Made by a program: the position numbers and the translations under genes. Shown here piece by piece: positions 57,416-64,000 of a DNA stretch of 64,000 bases; the first letter of the stretch is position 1; each line of letters begins with the position of its first letter. The DNA is from Bacteroidota bacterium (GTDB lineage Bacteria > Bacteroidota > Bacteroidia > JABEUT01): the NCBI GenBank assembly GCA_013285655.1, contig JABDHI010000005.1:217-64216 (forward strand), given 5' to 3'. The notes below the pieces were generated by a model. The model was not told the DNA's origin, ran no database searches, and saw only the letters and a program-made list of their open reading frames with translations.

Positions 57416-59569
57416 ATGAAGATATGGTTGCTCACCTCTGAATTTCCTCCTGATTTTGGCGGCGGTATTAGTACTTATTGCCTTGAAACGGCTCAAATGC
57501 TATCATTTTATGGACATAATGTAACGGTTATAACACAAGATTTTCAAGTAACTGATATTAAAAGTATTAACCAGGATAATTATACTATATTCCGTTTTAA
57601 TCCTTCCAAATATTATACATCATCTTTTTTAGGCTATGAAACAAACTTAAGCTATGCATTTGCTCAAGTAGTAAAAGAACTTATTGAAAAAGAAGGGAAA
57701 CCAGACTTAATAGAAAGTCAGGAATACATGGGAATAGCCTATTATTTATTGCAATATAAATGGCTTGGGTACCCTATTTTTGAGGACCTGAAAGTTCTTG
57801 TAACATTACACGCACCCTCTTTTCTTTATTTAGAATACAACAAGGTTCCAAACTATCAATTACCATATTACTGGATAGGTGAAATGGAGCGTTTTTGTAT
57901 ACGTAGTGCCGATATGCTTATTTCCCCCAGCCAATATCTGGTTAATGAATTGAATGGACGTGTAAAAGTCAATGACCTTACAATTCATATTCTGAAAAAT
58001 CCTTATAAAACAGAAGAGAATTACGTTGCAAATCCAATTAAAAATAAAGAACTTGTTTTCTTTGGTAAACTTATACCACAAAAAGGATGCCTTGAATTGA
58101 TAAGTTATTTCAGGCAATTATGGAAAGAAGGTTTTGATGCTTCTTTAACCATGATAGGCGGTGGAGATCACCTATACCACCCTGAAGGAATTGACATGAT
58201 CGATTATATAAAGAAGATATGTGCTGAAGAAATAAAAAATGGGAAGCTCATTTTACTTGGCTCAATTAGGCCAGCACTTTTACACCAATATGTATCAGAC
58301 GCACATATTATAATTATACCAAGTATTGTAGATAATTTGCCTTACACTGTTCCTGAGGTTATGAGTCTTGGTAAAATAGTATTAGCATCAATTCAGGGAG
58401 GACAATCAGAAATTATAGAAAATGGCGTGGATGGCTTTTTATTCGATCATTCCGACCCGTCCACTTTTAAAACGCAATTAAAACACATACTTTCATTACC
58501 CGAGAAGACGCTGAAAGACATATCTCAAAAAGCCTTTAATAAAGTAAAAAATGATTTTGGCTATGATACTGTATACAATGAAAAACTAACACTACTTAAA
58601 AGTCTAGTTGAAGATACAGCGGTATCTAGTCAATTCCCTTTTATACGCCCACAAGTTCAGATTAAATTACCAGATACAGTTGTTGACAAACAAGACCTTC
58701 TTTCAGTTGTTATACCTTACTTTAATATGGGTGTTTATATTGAAGAGTGCATTAAGTCAATACTCGCATCAACTTACAAAAACATTGAAATAATTATAGT
58801 AAATGATGGTAGTGAAGGAAACGAAAACATAGAAATAATTAAAAAACTAGCTTTAACCTATAATATTCGCCTACTTAATAAGGCGAACGAAGGGCTTTCA
58901 TTAACCCGGAATGCTGGCGCCAAAGTTGCAACGGGTCAATATTTAGCTTTTCTCGATCCTGACGACACTATTGAAAGTACCTATTACGAAAAAGCAATAA
59001 GAGTCTTAAAACAACACACTAATGTTTTTTTTGTTGGTTGCTGGGCAAGGTATTTTGACGGCTCACAAGGCTATTGGCCTGCATTTACACCTGAACCACC
59101 CTACTTACTAATACACAACATGCTGAATACAAGCGCATTAATATATAAGAGGCAATCATTTTTAGAAGCCGGCTTAAACGATTTCAACATGGTCTTTGGA
59201 ATGGAGGATTACGAAAGCGTAATTAGTATGGTAGAAAAAGGATTTATGGGTGTTGTATTACCGGAACCACTATGGAACTATAGAATCAGGAAGGACTCTA
59301 TGGCCAGGGCATTCACTAAAAATAAGCAGCTTTATCTTTATAAATTAATTGCCGAAAAACATAAGGCATTTTATTCTACATTTGGGGCAGAAATTGCGAA
59401 CCTACTTAACGCCAATGGGCCTGGTTATAAATATGATAACCCCACATATTTTCATCATTTCGGAGAGAATAGCTATTTTAGCACAGGGTTAAAAAATGCA
59501 ATATTTATGAAGATTAAGTCAAATAAGATTTTAAGAAAGATTGCAATAAAAGTAAAAAAATCATTCTAG
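57416..59569 (+). CDS. Two-domain glycosyltransferase (GT4 + GT2)
   Basis: EFPPDFGGGISTY, FGKLIPQKG, DNLPYTVPE; then SVVIPYFN, VNDGS, FLDPDD, EDY. Confidence 0.92.
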   Translation: MKIWLLTSEFPPDFGGGISTYCLETAQMLSFYGHNVTVITQDFQVTDIKSINQDNYTIFRFNPSKYYTSSFLGYETNLSYAFAQVVKELIEKEGKPDLIESQEYMGIAYYLLQYKWLGYPIFEDLKVLVTLHAPSFLYLEYNKVPNYQLPYYWIGEMERFCIRSADMLISPSQYLVNELNGRVKVNDLTIHILKNPYKTEENYVANPIKNKELVFFGKLIPQKGCLELISYFRQLWKEGFDASLTMIGGGDHLYHPEGIDMIDYIKKICAEEIKNGKLILLGSIRPALLHQYVSDAHIIIIPSIVDNLPYTVPEVMSLGKIVLASIQGGQSEIIENGVDGFLFDHSDPSTFKTQLKHILSLPEKTLKDISQKAFNKVKNDFGYDTVYNEKLTLLKSLVEDTAVSSQFPFIRPQVQIKLPDTVVDKQDLLSVVIPYFNMGVYIEECIKSILASTYKNIEIIIVNDGSEGNENIEIIKKLALTYNIRLLNKANEGLSLTRNAGAKVATGQYLAFLDPDDTIESTYYEKAIRVLKQHTNVFFVGCWARYFDGSQGYWPAFTPEPPYLLIHNMLNTSALIYKRQSFLEAGLNDFNMVFGMEDYESVISMVEKGFMGVVLPEPLWNYRIRKDSMARAFTKNKQLYLYKLIAEKHKAFYSTFGAEIANLLNANGPGYKYDNPTYFHHFGENSYFSTGLKNAIFMKIKSNKILRKIAIKVKKSF

Positions 59570-59571
59570 TT

Positions 59572-60369
59572 ATGGCATTGAACGTTTTAAAAGATTGGAT
59601 TGGTGGCTCTAATAAGTTAGAAAGATTTTGGCTATTAGCCAAAATCGAGTTTAAATTAAGATATTATGAAAATTTACTTGGGTTAATATGGGCACTTGTA
59701 AAGCCAATTTCTGACATATTTATCTATTACGTAGCATTTGAATTAATATTAAAACAAGGTGTTCCACAATTCGTTTCTTTTCTCTTTATTGGTATTATTT
59801 TATGGAATTTCTTTATAGAAAGTTCCATGGGTACAATTCAAATATTAGCCACTAAAAAATATTTGTATGAATATACAAATATGAATAAGATTGAAATTTA
59901 TTTATCAGTTATTGGAAGTAATTTAATTGGCTTGTTTTTTAATTTAGTAATGTTCTTTATTTTTTACATCTTCTTCGAACAAGGGGTTACTTTAATTACC
60001 TGGCACATTATACTTCTCCCCATTATTTTTATAAATCTTATAATTCTCTCATTAGGCTTTTCGTTAATACTTAGCACTATTTATATTTATGCTAAAGACA
60101 TAACCCAAATATGGGCAATTGTGATAAATCTGGCCTTTTGGATTTCTCCAATAATTTTCCCTCCCGAAACCTTTATGCGCACTATGCCTTCGGTTAAATA
60201 TTTAAATCCTTTTTCAAGCATTATTATTAACGCCCGTGACCTTATAATGTATCATACTTTACCAGAATGGAAATTATTAGCCTGGGGTTATATTTACGCA
60301 ACATTTTTCCTTTTATTAGGTATATATTTATTGAATACTTTAGGTTCTAAAGCTGCTGAAAAACTTTAA
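59572..60369 (+). CDS. wzm: ABC-2 polysaccharide export permease Wzm
   Basis: EFKLRY..LGLIWALVKP, FWISPIIF, LNP; six TM segments. Confidence 0.93.
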   Translation: MALNVLKDWIGGSNKLERFWLLAKIEFKLRYYENLLGLIWALVKPISDIFIYYVAFELILKQGVPQFVSFLFIGIILWNFFIESSMGTIQILATKKYLYEYTNMNKIEIYLSVIGSNLIGLFFNLVMFFIFYIFFEQGVTLITWHIILLPIIFINLIILSLGFSLILSTIYIYAKDITQIWAIVINLAFWISPIIFPPETFMRTMPSVKYLNPFSSIIINARDLIMYHTLPEWKLLAWGYIYATFFLLLGIYLLNTLGSKAAEKL

Positions 60370-60372
60370 TAT

Positions 60373-61125
60373 ATGGATATATTGGATGATGATAAAATTG
60401 CGATTACCGCAAGGAACATAAGCAAAAAATTTCATATAACTGAAGATAGCCATAATACAGTTAAGCAACGTCTTTTTAGAGTATTCGATCCTCCAAGGGC
60501 GAAAATTGTTGATGCGCTAAAACCGATGAATATTCAAATTAACAAAGGAGAATGCTTTGGTTTAATTGGAAGAAATGGATGTGGCAAATCAACTTTGGCA
60601 AGGGTATTGGCTGGTGTATACCCAACCGATACTGGATATGTAAAAACAAAAGGTTCGACCATGCTTTTAAATTTGACAGTAGGTATGAGTCATGAATTAA
60701 CTGCACGTGAAAATATTTACGTTTCAGGTTCTGTGCTAGGGTTAAAAATAAAAGATATCGATTTGATCTTTGATAAGATAATAGAGTTTGCCGAATTACC
60801 CGATTTTGTTGACACTAAAATAAAATATTTTTCTTCAGGTATGCTAGCCCGTTTGGGTTTTTCAATAGCAGTAAATGCAGGTGCTGATATTATGTTTCTT
60901 GATGAAATATTCGCTGTTGGAGATATAATCTTTCAGGAAAAAGCAGTTAAAGTGCTTGAAAAAAGCTGGATAGAAAATAAGACTGTGATTTTAATTAGCC
61001 ACAGTATGAGTACAATTAAAAACTACTGCAAACGATCCGCCTACTTAAAAAATGGCTATCTTGAATTTGTTGGCGATACTGAAACTGCGATCTCTAAATA
61101 CTTATCTGATAATCAAGAAGGGTAA
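60373..61125 (+). CDS. wzt: Polysaccharide ABC transporter ATPase Wzt, without C-terminal carbohydrate-binding domain
   Basis: GRNGCGKST, FSSGMLARLGFS, LDEIFAVGD, ISH; 250 aa. Confidence 0.95.
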   Translation: MDILDDDKIAITARNISKKFHITEDSHNTVKQRLFRVFDPPRAKIVDALKPMNIQINKGECFGLIGRNGCGKSTLARVLAGVYPTDTGYVKTKGSTMLLNLTVGMSHELTARENIYVSGSVLGLKIKDIDLIFDKIIEFAELPDFVDTKIKYFSSGMLARLGFSIAVNAGADIMFLDEIFAVGDIIFQEKAVKVLEKSWIENKTVILISHSMSTIKNYCKRSAYLKNGYLEFVGDTETAISKYLSDNQEG

Positions 61126-61135
61126 ATTAAGTGTT

Positions 61136-62854
61136 CTAAGTATTTCTCACTTTATCAACAATACGCCCAATTACTAGCCCCATAGCTACCCCAATCACCA
61201 CTCCTGCAAGTACCTTCTCAAACTGCATATAGCCTATTAAAAACCCTAAAACACCAAAAACAATTACAAAAAAAGGTAATAACCTCGGCTTTGAAATTTT
61301 ACTACTTCCTATAACTTCTTTATTCTTAATTACTGAAAGGGGCTTTTTGTTAACATCAATACCACTATTATTTATTTCTTTGTCATTACTCTTTATTGTT
61401 GCAGTAATCTTACTGTTTTTCACTTGTTCATAAACTGATTGGTCAACCTCCTGCTTTGAAATAAACTTTAAAATATTCATAGTTAGCTTTTGTAATTTCA
61501 CACTTACCAAGCTCTGGCCGTCATGAAGGTAATCATCCAAACTCCAGCTCCATGAGGAAGTACCTGCTGCGAATACAGTATTAAGATTACTTTTTGTATA
61601 TACAGTAACATTAGCAAATGTATTTTCCACAGATGTAGCTGAATGTTTCAATTGAACTGGCGACCGAGTAAGCACAATAAGGTTATCGGGTTTAGGAAAT
61701 TGAGCCCAAACCCTATCATATTCGTACCCTAATAGCTTTGGAAACCTTTCTCCTGGTTCAATTCCAGTATCTTTAAATAACCAATGGTTTGTATGCTGAA
61801 ACACAAGATCCTGATTAGGATCACCATTAATAAAACACCCTTCATACATTTGGCCGACTATTTTTTGTTCAGGCCTTTTAATGTTTCCGTCTCTAAATTG
61901 TGCGGACACTAAACTGGGGTTTATCTTATACATAGGGTCTTCCTGAAAGTCAATATACCTTATACATTTGTAACAAACCATATTGCGGTTATTACCGTTA
62001 TAAGATTCCTCAAACCTGCTTTGCCAGTACATTGGGTTTGCGTTAAAGAACCCAAGCCCAATATTGCCATTTTCAAGTGTTTCTTCAACCTGATCGTACA
62101 TCTCTTTAGTCCAATATTCATCGTGCCCAGGGCAAATAAATGCATTCGTTTTTTTTAAAAGATCCTTATCTTCATGCAAATCCTGGTTACTGCAATACGC
62201 CAAATCCAATCCATTCTTTTCTGCCCACCTTATAAACTGATATTCCCAATTAAAAAAATCACCTGACCCAAACCAATCCTGAAATGGGCGGTTAAAAGAA
62301 ACTACTCTTGCCCTAAAATTAAGTGGCTGGGGATAATTAGTTGCAAAGGCCTCGCGTGAGCCATATAAAGAATGACCACCCCACATGTTGTAAGCATTAT
62401 ACGTATTAGTAGCAATTTGCAGAAGATACGTTGACTTTGTTTGCTTTTTGGGCTTAACAACAAATATAATGTAGCGCTCAAACGACTCTGGTAATGAGGA
62501 TAATTTACATATATAAAATCCCGTACACCAGTCATCGGGAATTACTAATTCATAACTTACATTCCAGAAACATTCTACTTTGTTAAGCTCATTAATTTCA
62601 GGTTCTGGTTGTTCAATGGTATTTACTTCAGGCACCAAGTGCATAAATCGCCCACCTTTACCATCATACCAACCCATACGGTAAAATGCCATTGAGTATT
62701 TTGGCATTTTTGAACGGACATAAAATTTTATTATTTCTCCTGGAAATACGCTAGTTGCCGAAGCAAACCCTTCTATCTCACCACTGTTAGCCGGTTTGGT
62801 TACACCCCAATCATGCGTTCCTGCATTTCTGTTTTCGTTAGCAATACCATTCAT
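61136..62854 (-). CDS. N,N-dimethylformamidase beta-subunit-like protein with C-terminal TM hairpin
   Basis: IEGFASATSVFPGE, YRMGWYDG, TYNAYNMWGGHSLY, VSFNRP, GHDEYWT, GYEYD, VFAAGT; two hydrophobic C-terminal segments. Confidence 0.8.
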   Translation of the reverse strand: MNGIANENRNAGTHDWGVTKPANSGEIEGFASATSVFPGEIIKFYVRSKMPKYSMAFYRMGWYDGKGGRFMHLVPEVNTIEQPEPEINELNKVECFWNVSYELVIPDDWCTGFYICKLSSLPESFERYIIFVVKPKKQTKSTYLLQIATNTYNAYNMWGGHSLYGSREAFATNYPQPLNFRARVVSFNRPFQDWFGSGDFFNWEYQFIRWAEKNGLDLAYCSNQDLHEDKDLLKKTNAFICPGHDEYWTKEMYDQVEETLENGNIGLGFFNANPMYWQSRFEESYNGNNRNMVCYKCIRYIDFQEDPMYKINPSLVSAQFRDGNIKRPEQKIVGQMYEGCFINGDPNQDLVFQHTNHWLFKDTGIEPGERFPKLLGYEYDRVWAQFPKPDNLIVLTRSPVQLKHSATSVENTFANVTVYTKSNLNTVFAAGTSSWSWSLDDYLHDGQSLVSVKLQKLTMNILKFISKQEVDQSVYEQVKNSKITATIKSNDKEINNSGIDVNKKPLSVIKNKEVIGSSKISKPRLLPFFVIVFGVLGFLIGYMQFEKVLAGVVIGVAMGLVIGRIVDKVRNT

Positions 62855-62989
62855 ATTGTTATTAGTAAACTACTCACATCTGTTTGAAGCACGGGATTCA
62901 ATTTCTTAACTGCGTAATAATTCATGGAGGTTTTCTTTATTTATAGAAAATACTTTTGCAATAATAGAAATAATAGAACATACAAGCAA

Positions 62990-64000
62990 CTAATTTTCAG
63001 CCGTTTTTGAAACAAGCAAAAGTATAAACGGAATGATTTGCTCGCCCTGGTATCTATCGAACATATTCTCAGTTAATAAACATAACCCTATGCATATAAA
63101 AATGCATATTGCAAAATCTTCTCGTTGCTTAATAAAGGTTGTGACCGGATAAATGAAGTAGGTAAATAGAAATATCATTAGTCCTATAACTCCCATACTC
63201 ACGGCTACATCAAAATACTGACAATGCAAATTTTTGTTGGTATTTAGCGCATATAGAAAGTTCTTTTCGGTATATATTTCTTTTAGTGTATTTCTTATGT
63301 CGCCTAACCCAGTGCCTAAAATTGGATGTTTAATAAACACCTCTTTACCACATGTCCATAGCGCCATACGGGTACTTCCACTACTCCATTTATTGGCATC
63401 AAATTTATTATCGAGGCTATTTTCTGCATTTGTATTATCAAATCTGAAACCTGTTTGAGTTATAGTTTTAAACCTATCTACAGTCTTAGGAAAAAGCTTA
63501 TATAAAATCACCAACCCTATTACCATGGCAAATATTAATATAAAGCCTTCAAGCATTTTTTTATTTCGTATTATTCGTATGAAGGCAATTGCAATAAGAA
63601 TTATAAACAGACTGATTGTACTCATTTTGCTGGCCAGCATATAATTGACAAATAACAACCATACTATTACTACATAAAAGAAGATCGTAAACCTTTGAAT
63701 CCTGGTCTCTTTATTACCTAAGAGGTATATTATAGTAATTATGGCAGCATTAATATACAAACCAAAATAGGCAGCTTGCTTTCCTAAAAGCAGTTCCGAT
63801 ATATTATCGTTATAATAAAATGCAGTATTATTTTCATGCATAGCCAGGTAGGTACCGTAGCCAAACCCTACTATTGATGCCAGTGAAGTAATAAGAACGT
63901 AGGCAAGTAAAATGCTATTCCATGTTCGTTGCTCGAAATTAATAAAGCAAAATGCTAAAGGGAATACTAATAGAGGCAACCGCAATGATAGAATACTTAA
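62990..64000 (-). CDS. O-antigen ligase (WaaL/Wzy_C family), 5' end outside window
   Basis: Multipass membrane; STRMALW, HPILGTGLGD, NLHCQYF, MGVIG, LTENMF; frame open to window end. Confidence 0.88.
   Translation of the reverse strand, partial: LSILSLRLPLLVFPLAFCFINFEQRTWNSILLAYVLITSLASIVGFGYGTYLAMHENNTAFYYNDNISELLLGKQAAYFGLYINAAIITIIYLLGNKETRIQRFTIFFYVVIVWLLFVNYMLASKMSTISLFIILIAIAFIRIIRNKKMLEGFILIFAMVIGLVILYKLFPKTVDRFKTITQTGFRFDNTNAENSLDNKFDANKWSSGSTRMALWTCGKEVFIKHPILGTGLGDIRNTLKEIYTEKNFLYALNTNKNLHCQYFDVAVSMGVIGLMIFLFTYFIYPVTTFIKQREDFAICIFICIGLCLLTENMFDRYQGEQIIPFILLLVSKTAEN

Noticed and set aside
62951-62958. Plus-strand TACTTTTG that could drive antisense RNA into the ligase gene
   Set aside because: A single short match in AT-rich DNA with no clear -33 element; not distinguishable from chance.

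Overview
Bacteroidota chromosomal window, judged from TAnnTTTG/TTTG promoters, many T9SS C-terminal domains (CTDs) and Bacteroidota-type SigA proteins. No integrase, transposase, CRISPR array or prophage is visible. (1) 1-19 kb: two diverged SigA-family sigma factors, plsY, a giant TPR/PD40/stalk/SPOR-like protein, clpS, tRNA-Arg, a four-gene rhlE - small hypothetical - tandem Zn finger - sigma operon, a MarR-RND efflux operon and an M48 peptidase. (2) 19-41.4 kb: ten T9SS-secreted proteins including three tandem paralog pairs, with a divergent phosphatase/porin/phospholipase D cluster carrying Pho-box-like repeats. (3) 41.5-64 kb: an AT-rich Wzm/Wzt-dependent surface polysaccharide locus interrupted by tRNA-Thr. 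The best candidates for undescribed systems are a sulfotransferase plus coiled-coil protein that shares a WYxxxY[ED] motif with two other locus proteins, the helicase/Sm-like/Zn-finger/sigma operon, and a putative secreted phospholipid-phosphorus scavenging regulon. All product calls come from motif recognition by eye; no database searches were run.
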